Shown here: positions 13,690 through 26,037 of the stretch, piece after piece
Numbering within the stretch: position 1 is the stretch's first letter
How the letters are laid out: every line of letters starts with the position of its first letter
Source of the DNA: Callorhinchus milii
Lineage: Eukaryota
Assembly: GCF_018977255.1 (NCBI RefSeq)
Contig: NW_024704742.1
Coordinates: 119,104,001 to 119,168,000, forward strand
Direction of reading: 5' to 3'
DNA: 64,000 nucleotides
The notes under the pieces: generated by a model
Databases searched by the model: none
Told to the model about the DNA's origin: nothing
What the model saw: only the letters and a program-made list of their open reading frames with translations
Translations under genes and position numbers: made by a program

Positions 13690-14090
13690 TGCATTAGGGT
13701 TAACACTGGCCTCTGAGTCAGAAGGTTGTGAGTTCAAACCCTGTGTTGGGACTTTGAATTCAGAGTCTTAGCTGACACTTCAGGGCAGTGCTGGGAGAGC
13801 ACTGCATTGTTAGAGGCATTAATAAGACATTAAGCTAAGCTCCTGTCTGCCTGTTTGGGTGGACATGGAACTATTCGAAAAGAGTAGGGGGTTTCTCCCA
13901 GTATCCTGGCAAATAATCCCCCAAATTAAAAATGGTCATTCATTTTATGGCTGTTTGTGGGATATTTCTAAGTCAAGTTGGATGCTGTGTTCGCTCACAA
14001 AAATACAGTTGCTACACTTTACAGTAAATCCTGTCAAGCACTTTGAGTTGTGATAAGGCATTATATCAAATGTAAGGATTGTTATAATTA
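13690..14090 (+). mobile_element. Near full-length Deu-domain SINE
   Basis: 'gcctctgagtcagaaggttgtgagttcaaacc', Deu core, tail 'tatatcaaatgtaaggattgttata'. Confidence 0.85.
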
Positions 14091-16389
14091 CCCAGTAATA
14101 ACGGAGAAAGTGTGCAAGATAAAGGAAACTAATTCTACAAAGAAAATTCATGTTTGGTTTAGTTTGGGACCAGCAGGAATCGCAAAGAAGGACAAAAAGC
14201 CTGGATTTTGCCACTTGCAAGATTTGGAATGCATTTTGGCTGTAAAACGGCAGGAACTCTGTCGATTAATGCCCCCAAATACTGATCTGGTATTTTTCAT
14301 TTTCACTCTAGCAAGGAATCTTCTGGCAGGGAGGTAAGCCACCCATTCTATTCACAGTGGTAATGCAAATTAATCAATTTAACAAGCAGGAATCGAGCCA
14401 CTTAATCTCCACAAACCAGCCCAGCAGTGTTTGAGTTGGCAATAACTATTGGAAAATGCATACTCAAGAAACTGCTCTTTGGGAGACTGAGGTCTATCTC
14501 ATTGTTCAATAAGTGCTATAATGACATCAAACTATGTTTAACACAAAGCATAAACCCCTCCCCACTACCCCGCGCAACAGAGGACCAAGGGCTGCCAGAG
14601 GGAGAGATAACAAATACTGATAAAAACTACCTCAAAGCACAAAAAGAGCCTTTAATCAGAAAACCTGTGGTGTAACAGGAGAGGATTCCAGGCTCTTCAC
14701 TGAGGCTTAGATTAAGGACCTTCGTGAACATCCTGGGATCGCCTCCTGTTAATAGTAATAATCCTTACATTTCATGTAGTAGCTTTTCCTGTTGGGAGGA
14801 CGTCTCAACAACAACAACAACTTGGATTTATATAGCGCCCTCCACGCCGGACGGCGTCTCAGAGCGCTTCACAGGTTATACTGTAAAGTGGAGTCACTGT
14901 GTGTTTTTGGTTGATTGTGGCAGCCAATTTGTGCACAGCAATGTGTTTTCTGGTTTTCTTAAGAACCAAAGTAACATTTGTTCTGAGGACGACAATACGT
15001 AAGTGATGTTGCCAAACAGCTTTATCCAAGCTGCGTAAGGGAGCCGTTCTACAGTTCCATCCACCTTGGAACAATGGCCAACAGCCCTTGACGGCAGCCC
15101 ATTATACAATAACTACAATAACTAACCATATGTTTGGCTAGAGACTTAGAGCTTCCATTGCATTGACTGATTAGTCTGTAGCCTTACGTTACTTGATATT
15201 TAGCCGATAGGAACTTGTTTAGAGGTTTACATGAGAAGACACAAATTAAGGGAATGGAAACCTTAAAGACTTTCCGTGTGCATTCCATGTAATTATTCGC
15301 TAAAACAAACAATTTGGGAGGTTTAAAATCACTATTGTAACCATGTTTACTGCATTAAAAGGAAGCCATTGACCGTGTTGAATAACCACACTGGACACAG
15401 TTGGTATGCAATTAGTGTTTTTCATGAGATTGTAGCATTTTTGTTTAATTCAAAAAATATTCTTTCAGAATGTATTATGTACATAAAAATATCATTAATT
15501 CAAACATTACCCAAATTCTGTCCCCATCTTAAATAATGACCATTATGCATAGATGTACTGTTGGGCTCAATATGAACAGTTTCTACACCTCAAAGTACCT
15601 CACCGTGGGTTATTCTGATGGTATAAGGTGGTGTAATAAATGGAAGTATATTTTTATTTTGTTTACTCTGCTGCAATCAATGGCAACTCAAATTTCAGGA
15701 GCAGTATTGATTGATCATTTACCTTATGACTGTGTGTGGGATCTTGCGCGAAAAATGGCTACTATATTTGCCTGCAAAATACAATCACTGTACTTGACAA
15801 TAATTAGTTATGACGTGTTTTGAGAGAGTCCCATTTGATAAGATCCTTTAATGATGTAAGTTCTTTCAGAAAATAGAACTGTTTCCTTCATTTTCTCTTC
15901 CCAGACCTTAAGTGTTTATTTAACCGGTTTCAACTGGACTTAACACACTTTTCTTCTGCTCTTACCCACTCCCACTATCATGCTCCTTTTTCAAAGACAA
16001 GCTGTGTATTTTTAGCCAATTAAACTCCAGCCCTACTCCAACACACACTCTGGGCTCCCTAAGCCTTGGATCTCGGTAACCTCTGCCTAATACTCGCCAT
16101 CATTAGTTAAGCGGTGCATCCCTCCATGGAGAGAAAGTGTGTTCCATTCCAGACATAGGGAAATTTCCATGTGTAGGTGGCATAAATATGTGGACTCTGT
16201 ATTGAGAGTCCGTGCGTCTGCATTGGATACTCTTATGCACTGTGATGGTTTTCCTTATGTGTCAGACACACTGTTGATCAAACAAAATCTCTTGTTTCTT
16301 TCTTCACTCTAGTAATACATAGAAATTTAAAACCATATTCCAGTATTTCACAATCCATTTATGTGTCTTTTTCGATGTAGCCAGTGGTT

Positions 16390-16762
16390 TCAAATCTTAA
16401 GTTCTTTCAGTTCTATGTGTTCTCGATCTGCTCCAACACCACCTGCCTCCACTCCTATTTAACACTAAATGCCATTGAAACCTTTAACCACATCTTTTAT
16501 ACCTCCTGCATGGAGCTTTCAAATTATTAGCTGATCTCCCTAGCTCCAACATCCATAGGCATCAACTTATCCAACCAATAACCTCTGGAACTCCCTCCCT
16601 CTATCCCCTCCATCACGTCCCTTCTCTTTCTCTTTAAGTAGTGTCTTAAAAAACTACTTCTTCAACCACACCTCCTTGCTTGGCATCCAGGCTCCTATTT
16701 GCAAAGTGTTTTGAGACATTATCCTATGTGAAAGGCTTTATATAAATGCAAGTTCTTGTTGC
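16390..16762 (+). mobile_element. Degraded L2 3' fragment
   Basis: 'ctctggaactccctccct' and tail 'gtgaaaggctttatataaatgcaagttcttgttg'. Confidence 0.65.
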
Positions 16763-18843
16763 TTTGTATTTTCCCTCTATATAAAAATATTCTCCAGCGC
16801 TACCATCCATTTATTGGCCTGTTAAAAAGCTACTTTGTTTTGAAGGGGTGATTCCAATCAGTAACATAAATATTTCTAGTTTCACTTCACCAGGTCAAGT
16901 CTTTTATACCTGCACAGCTGACCATGTTACTGATAAGAGAACACTGACGTTTCTATTGTTTGGGACTTTCATGATTCTAACCTTGCTTTCTGAGTGTACG
17001 TGACATTGTGGTGAAATTTTATTTTATCAGATTAAACTTCCTTTGAGAACACTCACATTAAGGTCAATCGAGATAAAGTTTCGGAACATATAAAAATCTA
17101 AACTAAAACTGGAAACAGATGAAGTATATCTTGTGCTTTTGCTTATCTTCTTTGACATATTGGAATAACACCTCTCGCCAATCAGCTCTTTGAGTTAATG
17201 ACTTCTTTTGTTTTACTAAGTACAATATTGAAGTTATAGTATAACCTGACACACAGCAACATGAGCCTTGGAATAGCTTCTTAATTAATTTACTGACCTT
17301 GCTGGTGAGTGCATATGACTCAATGTTTCTCAGTAGCTTTAAAGGACTGCAAATTTTGGGAACTTGCTGAGGAAAGAAGTCCTAGGGTTTCCTGTCCTAT
17401 TCACATTCTTTCACAAGATCAGTTTGTTTGATCTCATCCCTCCAGAATACCTCCTCAATTGTCTTCCCAACACAGCATCAAGCTGCTTTTTAAAATGAGC
17501 CAGCGTCCTTGCCTCAATCACCTTCCCTGAAATGCTGTACACTGTCCACGCCTTGGTACATCCTCCCGACGTGAAAGGCGCTAAACAAATGTAATCTTGT
17601 TGTTGATGTTGTTGTTGTTCCTGGCAATCTGTTCCAGCCTTAAAAATAAACGGTCGCTGTACATTACAGTAAATCCTGCAAAAGTGCTTTGAGACATCTT
17701 CCTGAAGTGAATGCAAGGATTCTTCTTATTATTAATTACCCTCTAAGTAAAGGAATATTTCTTGGAAATTTCTTTTATTCACTGCCCAACAAGAGAACAG
17801 CGGAAAATTTGCTTCCAAAAGAAGATTGAATTTAAGTTTTCACCCAATCTTATATTTTAAGAGAATGGTTTTAAGCTTAAGAACATGAGACATTTTGGGT
17901 CCATGGAATCAAATCCGTTTTGTAAAAATCTCCTATACATTTATTTTTCTCATCCAAACTATCCTCTTTTCCACTTTCAGTAATACCATCAAATTAACAA
18001 CGCGCTTGAAGGTTCCTCTGAGTCTCTTACCATATGGATAATCCTTCCAAATCCACAATCTGTAGTATCTCATTCACTCAGACAAAAAACCAATGGGGCC
18101 TGTCTTCCAAGTCCATAAACTTTTATCTTCAAGCAAAGCACTTGCCTTTTCTTTTACAAAATGTATAAGCAGGACTATCTATAATTCTAGGCCAATGAAA
18201 TAGGTGTACAATTGGATAACTTATCCTATGATTCCAAGCTCTCTGAGACTCTTAGGTTGACTAATATTTATTGCGTATGAATTTAAGCCGTGAGTTACAG
18301 ATAATCTGTTGCAAACCTAGAAGTTTAATTCTGCTCCTATCCCCAATAATATACTCCAATTGCTCCAGCTGGTTTGCTTTTTGTGCATAATCTCTAAGAA
18401 ATGCATTTTTATTGTGTTTCGCACTGTTCTGAATAGTTGCCGGAGGAGAGTTTCTGCTGTGAGAAAAATAAATTACATTTTTTTAAAAATCCTTACCATC
18501 CTCTGCATGAATGCATTAATGACAGCTTGGCTTAGAAGACTCCTGGGACATCAACAGATGTGGAAGAATATTCCAAAAACTGTGAGTCCTGCACCCTGGA
18601 GGGTGAGAGACAACCTGCTGCAGATTTCTAATTGCAGAATATTGAAAAGCAACAGAGGGGAAAGAATACAGCAAATAAGGAAGCTATAAAATGTAAATGA
18701 TTTGGAGCAAGCAATCCTCAGTCTTCTAACATTTCGATGTTTCCAACGTTAGTAAATTTACTAACCAGTGGAAAATACGCAGTATTGTTGACAATTTTCC
18801 TTTTTCTAGCCTAATATATTTTGCAGCGATGCATATAACCATA

Positions 18844-19096
18844 ATAATAATTATCCTTCCATTTGATAGAAGGCCTTATCACATCATTGAGATGTCTCAA
18901 AGCACTTCACAGAATATACTGTAAACTGAATTGACTATAGCACACAGCAGTGTCCCACAACAGTCATGGTTTGAGCAATCAAATTATTATAATTTTTAAT
19001 TTTTTGAAGGGATTATTACTCCCAAAAGGCAATCTGCCAATTGACTAATTGGGTTGCTTCTTACTGCTGGGTAAACAGAGGCGTGTGGAGTAAGGA
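18844..19096 (-). mobile_element. 5'-truncated older tRNA-Val-type SINE flanked by ~90 bp direct repeats
   Basis: (TAA)n tail at left, body to 'ggcgtgtggagtaaggaaa'; repeats 18754-18843 and 19097-19186. Confidence 0.85.
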
Positions 19097-19559
19097 AAAT
19101 TTACTAACCTGTGGAAAATAAGAAGTATTATTGACAATGTTTCTTTTTCTAGCCTAATATATTTTGCAGTGTTACATGTAAGCATAGAGTCAAAAGAAAA
19201 CCATCGGGCCATTCATGCTTGTGTTCGCTGTCTGAAACAGGGAAACGGGGCAGCCAATTGCATTTTCTGAAGACTCCGAGTCTTGCTAGTGTATAGTTCC
19301 ATGGGCAACAGCAACCCTCTGATAATATTTTTCCACGTTTGATCGTAAGAGTAGAAACATCAGCAGGATTTTATTCAATTGGGGGGAGTGAGCTAGAGAA
19401 GTTGGCAACACCAAAATCTGATTCTTGCTTGATTTTCACACGTGGGTTCATTTTTAAAAAATAGCTCGATGTTGTGATGGGAAGATTGTAGGGATGGTAT
19501 TCCTAAAGGAAAGGATTAACTGGCACATAAGGCATTCCTCACTTGAACCTCTCTTGTGA

Positions 19560-19740
19560 CTTTGCAATGTACTCTTTCCAGCAGCATTCAGTGGATACGA
19601 TCAATAGCAGGAACCTCTTCTTTCTCTAGCCCAATGACACTGAAGACAACTGTAGTGCACATCACTGAGATCATTACAGAACAAGGCTTCAAACCTGTGA
19701 TCTCCTGTGGCATAGTATTACATTTACTTACTGAACCTTT
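19560..19740 (-). mobile_element. Ancient SINE-like repeat (same family as 12345-12660)
   Basis: Minus strand reads 'caggtttgaagcc...actacagttgtcttcagtgtcattgggctagagaaag...gctggaaagagtaca'. Confidence 0.5.
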
Positions 19741-20531
19741 GGAAAATGTCAACTGAGAGAGTGAGTCACAGGAATAAACGTATACAGTATTAGTATGACA
19801 ACTTATTTTAATGAACTTGGTAGGTGATTAACATCAGAGAGTATCAGTGTAGGTTCTCAGTAGAAAGATGAAAGGCAACTCCCATTATATAATTTTTAAT
19901 TAAAGTTAATATGTCCAAATTCTATACTTTCTTTAGTGCTTACCTCAGTGCAACTGTCAAGAACAACAAGATTCTGTAAAATGTCACTGCCACAATTTTC
20001 ATTTGCTCTTCATTCTGATAATGCCCCTTTACAGAATATTGAAGAAATGATAACAGTCAGCAAAAGCTCTAGGTTTGGCTGGCTTTCAATTCCACAGGCT
20101 GATGAGGGTCATGTCACACAGATAACCCAGGTTAAGACATTTTGTGACTGCCCTTTATAGTGGTTGTCATCATTGGCGACCTTTCCCCTCCCACAATAAA
20201 CTGTCTAGCACTACAAGTTATTTTTCTTAAAATAGAGAAGATTGTTCAAAATAAATATCTAATAAAAGTTGATCTTTACTCAATCTATGACTCTCCCCTA
20301 CCACATTTCGCCCCAAAATATACAATCAATTCAATTTACAGTATATCCTGTGAAACGTTTTGAGAAGTCTCAATGATATGATACGGCACTATATCAAATG
20401 CAAGGATTATTATTATTTATTTCAGTAATGTTCTTGTGGACTTTGCTATTCTTCTGATTGATTTAGCTTTCATTTGTAGACAAATATGAGGTCATGTTTA
20501 GAGACATGACCTGAGTAAGGTTATCTAATTA

Positions 20532-20930
20532 GTAATAATCCTTGCATTTGATACAGTGCCTTATCATTTCTCAAAAGCACTTCACATATTTTATTTTAAA
20601 GTGTTAGTGATCAGCAATATCCCACAAACGGCCATGAAGTGAATGACCAATTTTATCTGGGGAATTGTTGGCCAAGGCACTGAGAAAACTCACTTCTCTT
20701 TTTGATTAGCGTCAAGGGGTCTTTAACATCTGCCCGAAGAGTCAGATGGGATCTTGGGATCTTAGTTTAACATTCATCTGTAGCACAGCTCCCGCATCAA
20801 TGCAGGACTCAACCAGCACTGGGCTGGTGTGTCAGCCTAGACTCTGACCTTAAATTCCCAAATTGTGGCCTATACCCTCAATCTCTAACTCTGAGGAAAA
20901 AGTGCTAGCAACTGAGCCAAAGTTACACCT
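20532..20930 (-). mobile_element. Deu-domain SINE
   Basis: Tail, core 'attgttggccaaggcactgaga', head 'agtgctagcaactgagcc'. Confidence 0.8.
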
Positions 20931-21014
20931 GGTTAGGCGATTAAAAGAAGGTGAGAACATATCATTGCAATATTTTAAATAATAATAAAAAAATAATCCT
21001 TACATTTGAAATGC

Positions 21015-21539
21015 AACAACAGCAATAACAAAATTACATTTGCATAGTGCCTTTCACGTTGGGAGGATGTCTCAAAGCGTTAGAAAATCAGTTTTTCGGA
21101 CCCGAGCTGCAGGCCAAGATTGGGAGGGTGGAGGGCAGGGGGAGAATCGAAGGCACAATCAAAAAGGAGGGTCTTGAGATGGATCTTGAAGGAGGCAAGG
21201 GAGTGGGTGAGGTGAAGGGAATGTGGGATGGAGTTCCAGAAGGTGGCGGCAGAGTGGCTGAAGGCCCACCCCCCAATGGTGGGGTGGGCAAGGCAGGGAT
21301 GTGAAGCAGGCCGAAGCTTGCTGAGCAGAGGGAGTGGGCAGGTTGGAGAGGACTTTGTTTGGGACTTTGACAAGCGCTGTCTCTGTGCTGTGGGCAGGGC
21401 GAAAACCAAATGGCAGGGGGTCGAGGAGTAAATGGAGGGAGAGGTGTTGACCTGCAACAATGCATTCCAGAACTTTGGCAAAGAAGGCCAGGTTGGAAAT
21501 GGGATGGTAGTGAGAGAGGTTAGAGGGATTGGTCTCCCC
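21015..21539 (-). mobile_element. L2 fragment: start of RT domain fused directly to the 3' end
   Basis: NPSNLSHYHPISNLAFFAKVLECIVA...LLDPLPFGFRPAHSTETALVKV matches L2 RT motifs YRPISNL and GFR..HSTETAL; 3'UTR and (CAA)n tail at left. Confidence 0.9.
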
Positions 21540-21541
21540 TG

Positions 21542-22030
21542 GGGATTGGTCTCCCCAACTCCACCATCTCAAAAGATCCAGCTCATTCAGAACTCTGCCC
21601 CCCCCCGGATACTGACCCGGACCAAACTTCGTACACACATCTCACCAGTTCTGGCCAGGCTCCACTGGCTCCCTATCACCGAACAGATCGACTTCAAGAT
21701 CCTCAATCTCATGTTCAAATCCATTCACTCTCTGCACCTCCCTACCTCTCCGACCTCCTCACTCCCCAATCCACCACCCGGCGCCTCCGCTCGACTGGCA
21801 CCAGCCTCCTGCTTGTCCCTCGCAGCGTCTGCTCCACCATCAGAGGTTGCACTTTCAGCCACTACACCCCAAAACTCTGGAATGCTCTCCCTCAGTTCCT
21901 CTGTCTTGTCCCCCCTCTCCTCTTTTTCAAGTCCCACCTGAAACCTTTCTCTTCGACCGTGCTCCCCCCACCACCCGCCCCCACCGGCTTGGAATCAGGT
22001 TCCGCCATTGTTAAGTGCTCTGAGATGCTA
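21542..22030 (+). mobile_element. L2 ORF2 C-terminus and 3'UTR
   Basis: KIQLIQNSA..ILTRTKLRTHISPVLARLHWLPITEQIDFKIL carries the L2 QNxAAR / LHWLP / I.FKIL motifs. Confidence 0.92.
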
Positions 22031-22490
22031 CCATGCATGGATGGGTTGGAAGGAGACATGGGGTGGGGGGAGGAAGATGCAGCCAAGCGGATGTTTTAAA
22101 TTTTTGAGACAAAGAAGCCTAGGACCTCTTTGCACTTGGCATTTGATGTGAGGATAGAGGGGGCTTGAGGGGTGCATGGAGGAGGTGATGGACAGTGGAA
22201 AACAGTGTATTTGGGTTGTTGTTTGCCACCAGGAATACTTTGGAGTAAAAGTCAGTTTTGGCCTGCGAAAGCTGGAGGCGGTAGGTGCGGAGGTCCTCAA
22301 GCCATAGCTGGCGGTGAATAGTAAGGCCGGATTTCTGCCTTCTGCCCTCGAGCATCCGGGTTTGTGTTTTGAGTGAGCGGAGATGACTGTTGTACTGGGG
22401 GAGTGGGTGGGTTTAGAAACATTTCAAATTCAGGGGAGCCAGGGAATTAAAGGTTGTGGAGAAATGGTCATTCAGCAGCTTGACTGCTGC
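22030..22490 (-). mobile_element. L2 ORF2 region between endonuclease and RT
   Basis: RQKSGLTIHRQLWLEDLRTYRLQLSQAKTDFYS...NNNPNTLFSTVHHLL (L2 AK..YY..I.....N.K.LF motif). Confidence 0.85.
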
Positions 22491-22775
22491 ATCAGAATTG
22501 CTATTTTTCATGGGAGGATGTCTCAAAGTGATTCAAAGGATTTATTGTCAAATAATAATAATAATAATCCTTGCATTTGATACAGCGCCTTATCACAGCT
22601 TCAAGAAGTCTCAAAGCGCATCACAGAATAAAATGTAAAGTCAATTGACTGTATATTTTATGGGTAAAATGCAGCAGCTAATTGCACCCAGCCGTGTCCC
22701 ACAAACAGTCGTGGATTGAGCGACCAAATTATTATTATTTTTTGAAGGAATTATTACACCTGGAAAAGTGATCCG
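22490..22775 (-). mobile_element. Double-tailed tRNA-Val-type SINE, 5' truncated
   Basis: Two consecutive SINE tails, same junction as 24258-24720. Confidence 0.75.
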
Positions 22776-24257
22776 ATAATGTAGTGACTGTACATTTATA
22801 GGCAAACTCATAGTGCAAACATAAACTGCGGAATGCGGAAAGCTGGCTTCTAATTTTAAGACCATTGTTCCTCGTAAATTGTAAAAAAATTGCGCAACCA
22901 AGTTTGGTTTGACAGGCATGTGTATTTCTGCAAAAGTTTATGTTGCAAGGTGTTTGTAACTGGTAATGTGCTGATCACTCTACTGTTATCAAGAGAAGTG
23001 CTTTTTCAACTCCATTGTTGCNTTTTTTTTAAATTCCAAGTGTCAACAGTGATAAATGTTATATCTTCTATCTGATGCTAAATTGTTACTGAATATTCAA
23101 ATCATGTCTCTCAAAGCTTAATATGCATATATTTAATGTATTGTAGGAAGTAAATCTGCTTAATTTATCTACTAATGGTCTGGTCTGATTGTGAGCGATG
23201 GCCAGTGGTGAGTTATCTAGTCAGGTCACATGTGGAGACATAAATCATATCTCTACACTCTAACACTTTCCCCTACTCCCCCTGTCATTGTACTGTTTTG
23301 TAATATTCTGTAGATTATTTGTTCAGTGGGGGAAGTTTTTTTTTGCCAAGAACAGTCTCGATCTAGTTTAAATGTTCTTTCCCAGTGGAGCAGGTATAGA
23401 TTTACCACTTATATGGGCATGTAATCCCATTTTCTAGTATTATTTTAAAATGCTTTTGATAGAAAGCAATGTGGGCAAGTAAAATAAGGAAAGATAATAC
23501 ACGGAAAAATGACATTGAAAAAGATGTGACCAATTAAGCAGATGGGCCAAGGAATGACAGATGGATTTTACAGTAGATAAGTGTGAGTTAATGCATAATT
23601 GAAATGGAAACAGTAAACATGTGGACATGATGAAGGGATGTCCATTAGTAGGGTTGGAGAAAAGGGTTTGGGTGGAATTATTGATCCATATCTGAAGATT
23701 TCCGGTTAATGCAAAACTGTTCTCAATAAGCTAATCAAAATCTAGGTTGCATTCTGACACCATATGACTGCAAGTCAAAAAGTTATTATTCACTCATATC
23801 GATCATTGTGGTCAACCTGCAATGTGCAGAAACTCATGCTTCACGAAGAAAGAACATTTAAATTAGATAGAAAGGATAAGCAGCCATTTGGGTACAGTAT
23901 TGAAGGCTTTAAAGGGATAGATGCATCCTAAAATGAGACTAGGGTTTCTGTGTCACTAAGAATATCGTCTGTGGGGGAAAGCAGATTGCGTTGAATTGGT
24001 GATGGAAACACTTCTTGTGATTTGTTTGTGAAGGTTTAGGGAATGTCTATGTCAAGCTTTTTCCCAGGAGGTAGAAAGGGTAAGGTTAAATCCCCCATGG
24101 ATTTATTTTTCATAGAATAGACATTTTTAGGCAATCATGAAAACACAAACTATTTAATCTTTTTTTATATACATTCCATTTGGTCTTTATTTGCATGGAT
24201 GTGCAGGTAGAATCAATGGGCCAAATAGCCTTTTTTTGTTCCATGCTTCCATGTGTT

Positions 24258-24720
24258 ATAATGATAATCCTTGCATCTGATATTGTATTTTTCAGGCTGG
24301 GAAGACGTCTCAAAGTGTTTCACAGGATATATTGTCATATAATAATAATGCTAATAATTCTTGCATTTGATATAGCACCTTGTCACCTCTTTGAGATGTC
24401 TCAAAGCGCTTCACAGAATATACTGTAAAGTGAATTGACTTCATATTTTGTGGGCGAAACGAAGCAATCAATTGCGCACAGCAGTGTCCCACAAACAGTC
24501 GTGGATTGAGTGACCAAATTTTTATTTTGACTTTTTTTAAAGGATTATTACCCCCAGAAAAGCGATCCACCAATTCACTAATAACCGGGTTGCTTAGTAC
24601 GAGGTAGGCAAAGGCGTGTGGAGTAAGAAAACTTTCCCAATATTTCATCCTGCCCAGGAATCGAACGCAGGGCCTCTCGCTTGTGAGGTGAGTGCTCAAA
24701 CCACTAATCTACAGGACTCC
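24258..24720 (-). mobile_element. Full-length older tRNA-Val-type SINE with doubled tail
   Basis: Minus head 'ggagtcctgtagattagtggtttgagcactcacctcacaagcgagagg...gttcgattcc' (CAC loop); two tails. Confidence 0.9.
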
Positions 24721-24779
24721 ACATACCTAGGAACTGTATATTTTGGATGCATACGTGTCAGTCGACTTGCAAATAGTTC

Positions 24780-24992
24780 TATGTCCCAGAAACAACTATG
24801 AAGTGAGTGACCAATTTTATCTGGGGAATTGTTGGCCATGACACTGGGAGAAACTCCCTTCTCTTTTTGGATAGTGATATGGGATCTTTAATTTCTACCT
24901 GAACAGACAGACAGGACCTTGTTTTAATGTCTCCTCTGAAAGATGGTATCTCCAACAATTCAGTACTTCCCCAGCGCTGCACTGAAGTGTCA
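24780..24992 (-). mobile_element. Deu-SINE core fragment
   Basis: 'attgttggccatgacactgggagaactcccttctc...gggatctttaa'. Confidence 0.8.
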
Positions 24993-25812
24993 TTTTAGAA
25001 TAGAGGTTATTCAGTGATTGTGGCGAAAATTCTGCATTAACTGTTTAACGTACCAATCCTCTGTATGCACTTGCAATATTGATTTAGTACTGTGCAAATT
25101 CGAAGTTATTCCTTAGAGATTATTTTATAATTTTGCATAAAGGAATAGCAAATATGAAGGAATTATTGTTCCTATACAGTATTTTCAAACTACAATCATT
25201 CAATATCTAAGAATTGATTGAGTATATGAGTGACCACCCTGAAGTTATAATGGTTAAAGGTTTCTTGAGGTCAGTGGAATAGATGGGAAAAACTGTGAGT
25301 TGTGAATTACTGTGTTATATGAAGTACAAGAGGCTGCCTTTAGCCTCGATAGATTACACTGGTTGACCATCTATTGATCACAAACTGGCAGGAGCCATAA
25401 TCCGATTAGAAGCAGTAAAACTGCTTTCTATATCTGGAGACTGACTCACATTTCAGTGTGTGGGAAAGAATGACATCACCCTGGCTGCATCTGTTTTTTT
25501 AACCTAATGAAATTAGAGGATGGGTTTGAATACCATAAAAGTCAATGTTGATCCTTATTACTGTTAAGAATCCGCTCAAATTTACTGCATGGAGTGACAG
25601 GCTTGAAAGCATAATTTTTCATAGATGTGTGCCTTGCATTGCTTAGCAGAAAGCAGGTCAGTGGAATCAAGATTTAATTTAACACCCATCAGATGACAGA
25701 GAATATGGCGTTTTACTGTAGTGGAGTTGCTGATTATTTCTCTGCAGCAGCAGTTCTACGATGTGCCTTTAGGAATTGAATGTCAAATGTTTTATTTTTT
25801 GGAAAAGAAAAA

Positions 25813-26037
25813 TGGGTGGAAATTCTACCTGGTCTAGATTTGCTCTATTTCAGAACACCCATAATTTGGCAAATTCATAAATTTACCAAATTGTAGATGT
25901 TATCAAATAGAGCAAATCTTTAATTTTTAAATTATTTTTTCTATAGGTTCTATTAAGAACTACAAGAAACAGGCTTTAAAATTAAATTGGAATTCAACAA
26001 TTTGCCAAATTCTGAAATGCTATGTTAATAGAGTAAG
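25813..26037. mobile_element. Palindromic MITE-like element, related to 62560-62956
   Basis: Perfect 15 bp inverted repeat agatttgctctattt/aaatagagcaaatct; 25955-26036 resembles the reverse complement of ~62587-62678. Confidence 0.65.

Noticed and set aside
21159..21941. Longest ORFs (159-169 aa) as genes
   Set aside because: Frameshifted, truncated L2 ORF2 fragments read across junctions
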